64,000 bases of DNA, taken from NCBI RefSeq assembly GCF_009914755.1, contig NC_060926.1; one strand, written 5' to 3'. The stretch comes from the human T2T-CHM13v2.0 reference genome, Homo sapiens. Position numbers and translations under genes: made by a program. How positions within the stretch are numbered: position 1 is the first letter of the stretch; the number at the start of each line of letters is the position of its first letter. Under the pieces are notes generated by a model, which was not told the origin of the DNA, did no database searches, and was given only the letters and a program-made list of their open reading frames with translations. This document shows, piece by piece, positions 1-12,587 of the stretch.

Positions 1-235
1 TACTTCTCTACAGCAATAGTCATATGCTTGATTAAGGAGTACTTCCTTAGACCCTGCTGGGGATATTATGTAATACATAATAATGCATTGTATTTCCTTT
101 CTAAAATAAGAATAATTCTAATTTATGACACATCCAAGAATTTTAGATAAGAGATATAGAACTCTGGTTTATTTATCTCCAGGCTATCCTTACCAGATAG
201 TTCTCAAAAACCTCTTTTAACAAGTCTATAGTACT

Positions 236-353
236 TAGGGTGGCCATATAATTTATCATTGAAACATTTCAGATGCATTACTAATAATTACTCAGGGACA
301 GAGGGCATAAATTGGGATCATTCTGGGCAAAAAAGGATGTATGGCCCACCCTA
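236..353. mobile_element. hAT-type MITE (MER81-like)
   Basis: Terminal inverted repeats TAGGGTGGCCATA...TATGGCCCACCCTA around about 118 bp; internal sequence resembles recalled MER81 consensus. Confidence 0.7.
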
Positions 354-1057
354 GTTTGGTGACCATGTGGCCTGAGGAAGAGTGAATGCCCAGTAATTGA
401 TGAAGTGTTTATATCTGAGTTAGATGGAATTTGCCTGCTAAAGTAATGTAAGCATAGCAACTATAAGCTTTTAAGAGTTTTAGAAAGACTTTAAGAGGGG
501 TAATGGCTCTTGGCTTTGAGAAAAACTCCCTCTGACCCAGTGTGGAAGGACCATGGGTATGAAACTAAGGACAGCTATAAGTAAAAAGGTTATCTTAACA
601 ATTAGGCAAAACCTGATGAAGACTGAAAATAATACATTATTAGCACAGTCTACACTCAAGGGAAGGAATCATTTGAATTGCAGATGGATGACCAATTGGA
701 TATGGGCAATAAAGGAGAGAGGGGAGTCTAGGAAAATTCCCAGACACTTGGCCCAGACACTTGGAAAATGATTTGCTGAGATAGAGAACTCAGATAGCCA
801 CTTTTGGGAAAATAGCCTGAGATCTTCAATTTAGTGTGTCTGGGATACTTCAAACTCTACTAGCAGAAAAATTTACATGAAATTAGGTAATAAGGAGTAT
901 TTCTTTCTACCACTCCATCCCTTGTCCCAAATGGACTGACACAGTACTTTAAACATGGTAGATGCCAAATAAAGATTTTTGTCTGTTGCCTGTAAGGATT
1001 CTTGAGGTATTGACTGCTAATCTGCAGTATAATTATCCCTAGTCAAGGATTATTCAC

Positions 1058-1500
1058 TGTATTAGTTAGGGTTCTCTGGAGAGACAGAATTAATAGGATA
1101 GATATATAAATATATATAAAGGGGAGTTCATTAAGTATTAACTCACATGATCACAAGTTCCCACAATAGGCTGTCTGAAAGCTTGAGGAGCAAGGAGAGT
1201 CAGTCTGAGTCTCAAAACAGAAGAACTTGGAGTCTGATGTTTGAGGGCAGAAGGTATCCAGGATGGGAGAAAGATGTAGGCTGGGAGGCTAGGCCAGTCT
1301 CTGCTTTTCACATTTTTCTGCCTGCTTTATATTTGCTGGCGCTAATTAGATTGTGCCCACCAGATTAGGGTGCATCTGCCTTCCCCAGCCCACTGGCTCA
1401 AATGTTAATCTCCTTTGGAAATACCCTCACAGACACACCCAGGATCAGTAGTTTGCATCCTTCAATCCAGTCAAGTTGACAGTCAGTATTAACCATCACA
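1058..1500 (-). repeat. 3' LTR of HERV-L (MLT2A1-type, 443 bp)
   Basis: TGTATTAG...AACCATCACA; homologous to 7136-7572; length fits MLT2A1 rather than MLT2A2. Confidence 0.92.
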
Positions 1501-1515
1501 AGTCTACCCCTTGTC
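1501..1515 (-). other. Polypurine tract of HERV-L
   Basis: Minus strand GACAAGGGGTAGACT immediately before the 3' LTR. Confidence 0.7.
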
Positions 1516-2086
1516 AACTTGAACCCACACACACCTCCTCAGATCATATATAATCTTCAAATAAAGACAACAATAAGATTATAATACAACTATCTTTCAT
1601 ACAACCGGAAACACACCAATCCCCAACTCAAATACTATTACGTAAAGTTAATGATATTTAAATGCTGATGTAAACTCAATAAATCTTGTCACATGATAAA
1701 GGATAAAAGAAATAAAATGAAGATATTTTCTTAGTACAAGAGTATACCTGCACAAACATGTTTTTAACAAAAGAATGAGGAATACTCATGATAATTACAG
1801 TCCTTGTTTCTGCAACTGGTCACATGGTAATAGCTGGCATTGATGACTACCTTCTTCTACTGACAATTCTGTATTCCCTTTGCCTTCAGCAAGCACCTCA
1901 GCAGGTCATGGTTTTTTTCCTGGTGGAGTGACCCAAACCTTCATTCCTGAAGGATCTGGACCATTTGCAGTCCTGCCTGGATTGGACTGTTGTAGTTTCC
2001 CATTGACCTTAATCACAGGGCATGCATGGTAACATTAAGAGATGCCCTAATGGATCTCCTGTATTCCACGCACACTCTTCCTTACC

Positions 2087-2461
2087 TCAGTTATGGAGTA
2101 GTAGAGTGATTTCATCTTGATAGCCTGAGTCAATCACCCCACTCAATACTGTAACTCTTTTCTTACTCTGTTGACTTAAAGGTAGGAGGAGCATAAAGTG
2201 TCCAGGTGGCAACTGTAACTTCCAGTTTAATGAAATCATTGTTGCGTCTCCTGGTGGCAGCATTCCTCTCTCTGGAACTAAGACCTCTAGGCCAGCAGAA
2301 CATAATGTCATGGGAACAGAAAGCAAAAATGTTGCTAGTGGGTCACTAAGGGTGATTGTGAGTGGTGCCACTTCCACTTCCACCCCTTGATTCCGGGACC
2401 CATGAATCCTGGCTATGGGAGAAACAGTATCACGTATTGGACACTGATTCAAAGCATACAT
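2087..2461 (-). pseudogene. HERV-L integrase C-terminus / dUTPase-like remnant
   Basis: ORF ...WKLQLPPGHFMLLLP...VTVLSGVIDSGYQDEITLLLHN contains dUTPase motif III (GVIDxDYxGEI-like), downstream of integrase as is typical of ERV-L. Confidence 0.85.
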
Positions 2462-5260
2462 GGCCTTCTAGAGAATTTTGCCGCAGCCCTACAAAGTATT
2501 GTCACCAAGTTGGCATTGTAATTGTGACTTCAAAAGGCCATTCCACCGTTCTATCAATCCAGCTGCTTCAAGATAATGGGGAACATGGTAAGAGCAGTGA
2601 ATCAGTGAATTCCATGAGCATGAGCCCACTGCCTCACTTCTTTAGCTGTAAAGTGAGTGCCTTGGTCAGAGGCAATGCTCTGTGAAATACCATGACCGTG
2701 GATAAGGCATTCCATGAGTCCACGGATGGTAGTCTTGGCAGAAGCACTGCATGCAGGATAGGCAAACCCATATCTGGAGTAAGTGTCTATTCCAGTGAGG
2801 ACAAACCTCTGCCCTTTCCAAGATGGAAGAGGTCCAATATAATCTGCCGCCAGGTAGCTAGCTGATCACCCCAAAGAGTGGTGCCATATCAAGGTCTCAG
2901 TGTTGGTCTCTGCTGCTGGCAAATAGGGCACTCAGCAGTGGCCATAGCCTGGTCAGCCTTGGTTAGTGGAAGTCCATGTTGCTGAGCCTATGTGTATCCT
3001 CCATTCCTGCCACCATGGCCACTTTGTTCATGGGCCCATTGGGCGATAACAGGGGTGGCTGGGGTAAGACGCTGAGTGGTGTCCACAGAATGGGTCATCC
3101 TACCCACTTTATTATTAAAATCCTCCTCTACTGAGGTCACCCCTTGGTGAGCACTCACATGGGATACAAATATCTTCACAGCTTTTGACCAGTTGGAGAG
3201 GACCAGCCACATAACTATTCCCCAGATTTCTTTGTCACCAATTTTCCAATCATGCTTCTTCCAAGACCCTGACCATCCAGCCAAACTATTGGCTACAGCC
3301 CATGAATCAGTATATAATTGAACATCTGGCCATTTCTCCTTCCATGCCAAGTGCACAACCAGTTGCATTGCTCAAAGTTCTGCCCACTGGGAAGATTTCC
3401 CTTCACCATTGTCCTTCAGGAATGTCCTAGAAAGGGGCCGTAGTGCTACAGCTGTTCACTTTTAGGTGGTGCCTGCATATCATACAGAGCCATCTGTGAA
3501 CCTGGCCCTGGTCTTCTCTTCCTCTGTCAACTGATCATAGGGAGCTCCCCATGAGGCCATCGGTGCGGGCTGGGGAAGAGAAGGCAGGGTGGCAGCAGTG
3601 GAGACCACGGGCATTTGAGCCATTTCCTCATGTAACTTACTTGTGCCTTCACAGCCTTCTTGAGCTTGATCACGTATATATCACTTCCATTTGATGATGA
3701 AATGCTGCTGTACATGACCCATTTTATGGCTAGATGGGTCAGCAAGCACCAAGTTCATGATAGGCAATTCAGGTCTCATGGTGACTTGATGACCTGTAGT
3801 CAAATGTTCAGTTTCCACCAAAGCCTAGTAACAGGCCAAGAGCTGTATCTCAAAAGGAGAGTAGTTATCTGCAGAAGTTGATAGGGCCATCCTCCAAAAT
3901 CCTAGAGGCCTCCACTGTGATTCACCTATGGGAGCCTGCCAAAGGCTCTAAACAGCATTCCTATCTGCCACTGACCTCCAGCACCATTGGATCTGCTGGG
4001 TCATATGGCCCAAGTGGCAGAGCAGAACAGCTTACACAGCAGCCTGGAACTGTTGCAGAGCCTTCTCCCGTTCTGGGCCCCACTCAAAACTGGCAGCCTT
4101 TCAGGTCACTTGAAACATGAGGCAGAGTAACACACCCAAATGAGGAACACGTTGCCTCCAAAATCCAAATAGACCCACTAGGTGTTGTGCCTCTGCCTTG
4201 GTTGTAGAAGGGGCCAAATGCAGCAACTTATCCTTTACCTTAGAAGGAATATCTCGACAGGCCCCACACCACTGGACCCCTAGAAATTTTACTAAGGTAG
4301 AAGTTCCCTGAATTTTAGTCAGATTTATTTCCTATCCTCTGCATGCAAATGTCTCACCAATAAGTCCAGTGTGTTTGCTACTTCTCGTTCACTGGATCCA
4401 ATCAAAATAATGTCATCAATGTAAGGGACCAGTGTAATATCTTGTGGAAGCGAAAAGTGATGAAGACCTCTCTAAATAATATTATGACACAAAGCGGGAG
4501 AGTTGGTATATCCCTGAGGTAGGACAGTAAAGGTATATTGCTGGCCTTTCCAGCTGAAGGCAAATTGCTTCTGGTGGGCCTTATGGACAGGAATGGAGAA
4601 ATAGGCATTTGCCAAGTCAATGGCTGCATATTTGGTACTAGGAAATATGTTAATTTGTTCAAGCAATGAAACCACATCTGGTACAGCAGCTGCAATTGGA
4701 GTCACCACTTGGTTAAGCTTACAATAATCCACTGTCATTCTCCAAGATCCATCTGTTTTCTGCACAGACCACATGGGAGAGTTGAATGGGGATGTGGTGG
4801 GAATTACCACCTCTGCATCTTTCAAGTCCTTGATGGTGGCACTAATCTCTGAAGTCCCCCCAGGGATGCAATATTGTTTTCAATTTACTATTTTTCTAAG
4901 TAGAGGCAGCTTTAATGGCTTCCATTTGGCCTTTCCCACCATAATAGCCCTCACCCTACCAGTCAGGGAGCCAGTGCAGGGATTCTGCCAGCCACTTAAT
5001 ATGTCTATGCCTATTATGCATTCTGGCACTAGGGAAATGACCAAAAGAAGAGTCCAAGGGCCCACTGGACCCACTGTAAATCAGACCTGAGCTAAAGCTC
5101 CATTAATTACCTGACCTTCATAAGCCTCTACTTTAACTGGGGACCACAATGACATTTTGGGTCCTCTGGAATCAATGTCAGCTCAGAGCCAGTGTCCAGT
5201 AGTCCCTGAAATGTCTGATCATTTCCCTTTCCCCAGTGCACAGCTACCCTGGTATAAGGC
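2462..5260 (-). pseudogene. pol: HERV-L pro-pol remnant (protease, RT, RNase H, integrase), interrupted by stops and frameshifts
   Basis: Protease GLLDTGSE at about 5181-5206; RT ORF 4472-4825 ([30 protein letters not shown]); YIDD codons at 4412-4423; RNase H ORF 2988-3368 (LYTDSWAVANSL, HVSAH) running into the integrase N-terminus (WAHEQSGHGG). Confidence 0.93.
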
Positions 5261-5399
5261 TGGAGGTCTCCTTAGGGAAGGATGGGAGAAAGATTCACTG
5301 CATAAATTTCAGTAATATGGGGTCCTTACACAAGGTGACCCAGCCTCCCCTTCTTTCAAGGGGTTGTGGGTCTGTAAACTGGCTCAAGCCCAAAAATTT

Positions 5400-7091
5400 A
5401 TTGATGGGCCATGATTCTCTGTTTTTATAATTCAAATTAGCTTTTCATCCATTGGACCTAGAAGTTTTCTGTTTATATAAATTAAGCAAGAATGCAGTGG
5501 GCTTCCTATCAATTTTACTTCTAGGAACACCATGATTAATTAGCCAATGTCAGAACTCTACAGGAGTCAGACTATTCTGATTGTCACTGTGCCTCTGCTG
5601 TCCATTTCAGTAGCTATGCCCCTCTTGCCTTTGATGGTTGAGTGCTGCCACTTGGCCCCTGCCACCCTGGGATCCAATTATTCCCATTATATTTAAATTT
5701 TGTAGTGGAGTGATTGTGGTTCCCACTGTTAGATCTGACATACAGGGAAGAGCAATTACAAAGCTCTTCAGTGATACAGGTGCTGCCCTCACAAGTCTAT
5801 TTTGCAAGGCATTTGTCAAGGGTATATCTTCTTCAAGCTCCCAGCTGGGATGAGTAGGTCTAAAGTGACTAATCCACTCCACCATCCCAATCTCCCTAAG
5901 CCTTTGGATCCCTTCCTGTACATTAAACCAAGGAAGCTCAGGCATTTCTAGCTGGCTCACAGTGGGCCATCTTTTAATCTGTATTTCAGCTAACCAAGCA
6001 AGTAAACTATTAGAACCTTTTTTGACTCCCTGAGCTGCAACACTAAATGAAGAGTCCCTACTTAGTGGGCCAAAATCAATAAATTCAGCCTGATCCAACT
6101 CTATGTTCCTTCCACCATTATCCCACACCCTTAATATCCTTTCCCATGCCTGTTCTCCAGATTTCTGTTTATATAAATTAGAAAACTCAAGCAGTTCTTT
6201 TTGAGTGTAGCACACCTCCTCATGGGTCACACTCTCAATCTCACCTCTAGGGGCCCACTGGGACTTTAGTTATAGGTTTAGAAGCAAACAGGAGTGTTGG
6301 GGGTGGCTCTTAAGGAGAATCAACATTATTTTGCCTGGCAACTGATTCAGGGGAGGACAACACTTTTGCCTCAGGCAACACAGGATTTATCTCCTCAGAC
6401 AAAAGTGGAAAAGCTGATGGCAGCATGGGTCGGGGAGGGGATGTTGCCATTACTGGGGATGGGAAAGCTGTTTCTTCTGGCAAAAATGGTCCAACAGAGT
6501 TTACAAACTCAGTGTCCCCAGCTTCACCAGTGTCCTCCCATATATCCCCATTCCCAGTTGCAGGGTGTCATTCTTTTCCAATCAATGACCTCACTTTAAC
6601 AGTAGACACCTGGCGAGGCTGTGCATGCACTTTTCATTGCAGGTCAGCCACTTGGATGATAAGAGCTTGTGTCTGTTTTTCCACAACTTCAGCTCTGTCT
6701 CTATAGGAGATAAGACTCTCACTCAGGGCAATCTTAGCAGATTTGAGGCTCAGTATCTGCTTCTGAATCCAGGAGATAGAATCCCTGAGTTCATCATTTT
6801 TTTCACGACATTATCTACTGAACTTAGGAGCAACCAACCAGCCCCATTATGTTCCTTGATTCTCCACATATGGTCAGAGGTATTATGTATAGAGTCACTA
6901 AACTCCTTGCCTCTCACAAGCAGTGAATCAGGAGTGTCAAATGCATTTATTTTGTGTAACTCTCTAATCAGTTCACACCAAGTACTATCAGCATTCTCCA
7001 TACTATTAGAAGTAGAGGCCTTAGAATTTTGGTGTCCAATCATATGAAGTAGCCAACTACAGAAACCCCAAAACCGACAAAAGAACTCCAT
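5400..7091 (-). pseudogene. gag: HERV-L gag remnant (fragments 6750-7091 and 5607-6230)
   Basis: YKQKSGEQAWERILRVWDNGGRNIELDQAEFIDFGPLSRDS is typical ERV-L/Fv1-related Gag; frameshifted. Confidence 0.9.
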
Positions 7092-7112
7092 CTTTAATAT
7101 TCTGTTCCTCTA

Positions 7113-7130
7113 GAACCACTCCTGGTACCA
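7113..7130 (-). promoter_or_regulatory. Primer binding site, tRNA-Leu type
   Basis: Minus strand TGGTACCAGGAGTGGTTC just inside the 5' LTR, complementary to the tRNA-Leu 3' end (...CACTCCTGGTACCA). Confidence 0.88.
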
Positions 7131-7135
7131 AAACC

Positions 7136-7572
7136 TGTATTAGTCAGGGTTCTCTGGAGGGACAGAACTAATAGGATAGATAGATATAAAAAGAGGAGTT
7201 TATTAAGTATTAACTTACCTGATCACAGCATTCCACAATAGGCTGTCTGAAACCTTGAGGAGCAAGGAGAGCCAGTCTGAGTCTCAAAACTGAGGAACTT
7301 GGAGCTGATGTTTGAGGGCAGGAAGCATCCAGCATGGGAGAAAGATGTAGGCTGGGAGCCTAGGCCAGTCTCACCTTTTCACATTTTCTGCCTGCTTTAT
7401 ATTTCCTAGCAGCTGATTAGATTTTGCTCACCAGATTTAGGGTGAGTCTGTCTTCCCTAGCCCACTGACTCAAATGTTAATCTCCTTTGACAACACCCTC
7501 AAAGACACACCCAGGATCAATACTTTGCATTCTTAAATCCAATAAAGTTGACACTCAGTATTAACCATTACA
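7136..7572 (-). repeat. 5' LTR of HERV-L (MLT2A1-type, 437 bp)
   Basis: Homologous to 1058-1500, adjacent to PBS, followed by TSD TTCAC. Confidence 0.92.
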
Positions 7573-7613
7573 TTCACCTTTAAACTTTGGTATGTTAGTT
7601 GTAAACTTAGGCA

Positions 7614-7800
7614 TGAAGGGTAGGAAAATGCCACCCCAAAATATGCCACTTTGGCATAAAAATTATTTTGAACTGAAGCCAATTAAGAAGTAAATACAAG
7701 AAAAGCTCTCTGCTCACTCCCTATTTGCCTAAAAGCACTTCATAAATTCACAGAAGTGTCCCTCCTCCCATCTCTACCAGGAAGGACAAAGGCTGATCAA
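7614..7800 (+). mobile_element. MER34-family ERV1 LTR, 5' fragment
   Basis: ATGCCACCCCAAAATATGCCACTTTGGCATAA...TTATTTTGAACTGAAG start motif; truncated. Confidence 0.6.
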
Positions 7801-7807
7801 CTTCAGG

Positions 7808-7950
7808 ATCAGCAAACATTTATTGAGTACCTATTATGGACTAGGTCCTGGGCAAAGAAGGCCCCAACATATGATAACATGTATAAAGTACCCACCCACA
7901 ATGAACAATGCCATGTACGCACAGATGCTCAGTTAATATTTTGCTGAGCC
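7808..7950. mobile_element. L2 3'-end fragments
   Basis: CAGCAAACATTTATTGAGTACCTA and ATGCTCAGTTAATATTTTGCTGA motifs. Confidence 0.5.
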
Positions 7951-8707
7951 ACTTGGAGGTAATGAGACTATATTCAAGCTAATAATGATGTCAAAACTGC
8001 CATCCCCAAATAATTATTATTACATCACTTTGTGTGATGAAACATATTCAAATGCTCTTCTTAGCTTTACTGAATGTAATAGAGCTGCATAATCTGTGAT
8101 AATTCATTGTCTGATCAACATCGCATAATTAATATATTTTGAAGAGGGCTTCTTAGCCTCAATTGCCCTAATAATAAGATATGCAGCTGTTGATAAAACA
8201 GAAATGAAGATCAAAAAACATCCAATCTACAAAAAGAGATGTATTTGCTTTACTGCCCTGCCCTTCTTTGCATAATTTCCCCCATCATCTGCTTAGTTTT
8301 TCATTTTAATGATTGTGATCTAGTTATTATTTTTGGTAATCACATCCCTGGAGCACTTAAACCATGTTTGAGCTTCACAGTCTGGGCAGACATTTAACTG
8401 TTTAGAAGGCTTGTATATATGTCTCTAAAAATGCCAAAATACACAGACAAGAAACTATAAAGAAACTGGTTGAACTTTTTTTTTTGGCATGGTTAGTGTT
8501 TTTTCCTGTAAGTTATTGGGGTACAGGAGGTATTTGGTTACATGACTAAGTTCTTTAGTGGTGATTTGTAAGATTTGCATGCACCCATCACCTGAGCTGT
8601 ATACACTGCACCGTATTTGTAGTCTTTTATCCCTCACCCACTTCCACCCTTCCTCCCAAGACCCCATAGTCCATTGTATCATTCTCATACCTTTGCGTCC
8701 TCATAGC

Positions 8708-11700
8708 TTAGCTCTTAAATATCAGTGAGAACATACAATATTTGGTTTTCCATTCCTGTGTTACTTCACTTAGAATAATAGTCTCTAATCTCATCCAGGT
8801 CACTCGAAATGCTGTGAATTCATTCCTTTCTATGGCTGCATAGTATTTCATCATTTTTATATACCACAGTTTCTTTATCCATTCATTGATTGATGGGCAT
8901 TTGGATTGGTTCTACGATTTTCCTATTGTGAATTGTGCTGCTATAAACATGCGTATGCAAGTGTCTTTTTCAAATAATGACTCCTTTTCCTCTGGGTAGA
9001 TACCCAGTAGTGGGATTGCTGGATCAAATGGTAGTTCTACTTTTACTTCTTTAAGGATTCTGCATACTGTTTTCCATAGTGGCTGTACTAGTTTACATTC
9101 CCATCAGCAGTGTAGAAGTGTTCCCTGTTTACCACTTCCACACCAACATCTACTGCTTTTTGATTTTTTTATCATGGCCATTCTTGCAGGAGTAAGGGGG
9201 TATCACATTGTGGTTTTGATTTGCATTTCCCTGATCATTAGTGATGCTGAGCATTTTTTCATAGGTTTGATGTCCATTTGTATATCTTCTTTTGGGAATT
9301 GTCTATTCATGTCCTTAGCCCACTTTTTAATGGGATTGTTTGGGGTTTTTTACTGATTTGTTTGAGTTCACTGTAGATTCTGGCTATTAGTCCTTTGTCA
9401 GATGTATAGATTGTGAAGATTTTCTCCCACTCTGTGGGTTTTCTGTTTACTCTGCTGACTGTTCCTTTTACCATGCAAAAGCACTTTAGTTTAATTAGGT
9501 CCTAGCTATTTATCTTTGTTTTTATTGCATTTGCTTTTGGGTTCTTGGTCATGAAATCCTTGTCTAAGCCAATGTTTAGAAGGGTTTTTCCAACGTTATT
9601 ATCAAGAATTTTTATAGTTTCAGGTCTTAGGTTTAAGTCCTTAATCCATCTTGAGTTGATTTTTGTGTAAGGTGAGAGATGAGGATCCAGTTTCATTCTC
9701 CTACATGTGGCTTGCCAATCATTCCAGCACCATTTGTTGAAAAGGGTGTCCTTTCCCCATTGTACGGTTTTTTTTTTCTTTTTCTTTTTTGCTTTGTCAG
9801 AGATCGGTTAGCTGTCAGTGCTTGGGTTTATTTCTGGTTTCCCTATACTGTTCCATTGGTCTATGTGTCTATTTTTATACCAGTACCATGCTGTTTTGGT
9901 GACTATGGCCTGTATAGTATACTTTGAAATCAGGTAGTGTGATGCCTCAAGATTTGTTCTTTTTGCTTAGTCTTGTTTTGGCTATGTCGGTTGTTCTTTG
10001 GTTTCATATGAATTTTAGAATTGTCTTTTCTAATTCTGTGAAGAATGATGGTGATATTTTGATGGGGATTGCATTGGATTTGTAGATTGCTTTTGCTAGT
10101 ATGGTCATTTTCATAATATTCGTTCTACCCATCCATGAGCATGGGATATGTTTCCATTTGTTTGTGTCATCTATGATTTCTTTCAGCAGTGTTTTATAGT
10201 TTTCTTTGTAGAGGTTTCTTGACTCCTTGGTTAGGTATATTCCTAAATTTTTTTTATTTTTTATTTTTTTGCAGCTATTGTAAAAGGAGTTGAGTTCTTG
10301 ATTTGATTCTCTGCTTGCTGTTGGTGTATAGAAGAGCTATTGATTTGTGTAGATTAACCTTGTATCTGGAAACTTTGCTGAATTCTTTTATCAGTTCTGG
10401 GAGCTTTCTGGAGGAGTCTTTAGAGTTTTCAAGGTAAATGATCATATCATCAGAAAACAGTGTCAGTTTGACTTCCTCTTTACCAATTTGGATGCCCTTT
10501 ATTTCTTTCTCTTGTCTGATTGCTCTGGCTAGGAGTTCCAGTACTATGTTGAAAGGGAGTGGTAAGAGTGGGCATCCTTGTTTTATTCCAGTTCTCAGAG
10601 GGAATGCTTTCAGCTTTTCCCCATTCAGTATTGTGTTGGTTGTGGATTTGCCATAGATGGCTTCTATTACATTAAGGTATGTCCCTTGTATGCTGATTTT
10701 GCTGAGAGTTTTAATCATAAAGCGATGCTGGATTTTGTCTAATGCTTTTTCTGCATCTATTGAGATGATCATGTGATTTTTGTTTTTAATTCTGTTTATG
10801 TGGTGTATCACATTTATTGACTTGTGTATGTTAAACCATCCCTGCATCCCTGGTATGAAACCCACTTAATCATGGAGAATTATCTTTTTGATATGTTATT
10901 GGATTCAGTTAGGTAGTATTTTGTTAAGAATTTTAGCATCTATGTTTATCAAGGATATTGGTTTTCTTTTTTGTTATGTCCTTTCCTGGTTTTGGTATTA
11001 GGGTGATGCTGGCTCCATAGAATGAATTAGGGAGGGTTTCTTCTTTCTCTGTCATGTGGAATAGTGTCAAAAGCATTGGTATCAATTCTTCTTTGAATAT
11101 CTGGTAGAATTCTGCTGTGAATCCATCTGGTCCTGGACTTTTTTGTCCATAATTTTTTAATTACTATTTCAATCTCACTGTTTGTTATTGGTCTGTTCAG
11201 GTTATCTAATTCTTCCTGATTTAAGCAAGGAGGGTTGTATTTTCCCAGGAATTTATCCATCTCTTCTAGATTTTCTAGGTAATGTGTGTAAAGGTGTTCA
11301 TAATAGCTTTGAATGATCGTTTATACTTGAGTGGTGTTAGATATAATATCTCTTGCTTCATTTTTTAGTGAGTTTATTTGGATTTTCTCTCTTCTTGGTT
11401 AATCTTGTTAATGGTCTGTCAATTTTATTTATCTTTTCAAAGAGCCAGCTTTTTGTTTCATTTATCTTTTGTATTGTTTTTGTTTCAACTTCATTTAGAT
11501 GTGCTCTGATCTTGGTAATTTTCTTTCTTCTGCTGGGTCTGGGTTTGGTTTGTTCTTGTTTCTCTAGTTCTTTGAGGGGTGACCTTAGAATGTCAGTTTG
11601 TGCTCTTTCAGTCTTTTTGATATAGGCTTTTAGGGCTATGTACTTTCCTCTTAGCATTGCCTTTGCTTTATCCCAAAGGTTTTGGTAGGCTGTGTCATTA

Positions 11701-12509
11701 TTGTCATTCAATTTGAAGAAATTTTATTTCCATCTTGATTTTGACTCAATGCTCATTCAGGAGCAGAATATTTAATTTCCATGTTTTTGAAGGTTGCTTT
11801 TGTAGTTGATTTCCAGTTTCATTCCACTGTGCTCTGAGAGAGTGCTTGATATAATTTCAATTTTTTTAATGTATTAAGGCTCATTTGGCCTAATACATGG
11901 TCTGTCTTGGAGAAAGTTCTATGTGCTGTTGAATAGAATGTGTATTCTGCAGTTGTTGGATGAAATGGTCTATACATATCTGTTAAGTCCATTTGTTCCA
12001 AGGTACAATTTAAATCCATTGTTTCTTTGTTGACTTTCTATCCTGATGACTTGTCTCATGCTGTCAGTGGAGTACTGAAGTCCCCCAGTATTATTGTGTT
12101 GCTATCTCATTTCTTAGGTCTATTAGTAATTGTTTTATAAATTTGGGAGCTCCAGTGTTAGGTGCATATATGTTTAAGATTGTGATCTTTTCCTGTTGGA
12201 TAAGGCCTTTTACCATTATATAATGTCCCTCTTTGTCTCCTTTAACTGCTGTTGCTTTAAAGTCTGTTGTGTCTGACACAAGAATAGCTACCCCTGCTCA
12301 CTTTTGGTGTCCATTTGCATGAAATGCCTTTTTTCCACCCCTTTAAGTTTATGTGAGTCCTTATGTGTTAGGTGAGCCTCCTGAAGGCAGCAGATAGTCG
12401 GTTGGTGAGTTCTTATCCATTCTGTTGTTCTGTATCTTTTATGTGGAGCATTTAGGCCATTTACATTCAATATTGGTATTGAAATGAGAGATACCATTGC
12501 ATTCATCAT
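8708..12509 (-). pseudogene. L1 ORF2p remnant (endonuclease and reverse transcriptase), fragmented
   Basis: LNVNGLN/CCLQE and LNIYAPNTGAP (EN); [40 protein letters not shown] (RT); many stops and frameshifts. Confidence 0.93.
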
Positions 12510-12587
12510 GCTCTTTATTGCCTGTGTACTTTGGTTTTTTGGTTTTGCTTTTTAACATGTATTTTTCTTTTATAGGTCCTATGGGAT

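Larger units (their letters stand above)
1058..7572 (-). mobile_element. Complete defective HERV-L provirus with two MLT2A1-type LTRs
   Basis: Two homologous TG...CA LTRs (1058-1500, 7136-7572), perfect 5-bp TSD TTCAC (1053-1057, 7573-7577), PBS, PPT, gag/pro/RT/RNaseH/IN/dUTPase fragments in ERV-L order, no env. Confidence 0.97.

Noticed and set aside
739-764. Tandem duplication CCCAGACACTTGG x2 (similarly GGAGGAGGCAAGCT x2 near 47760)
   Set aside because: Ordinary slippage micro-duplications with no further structure.
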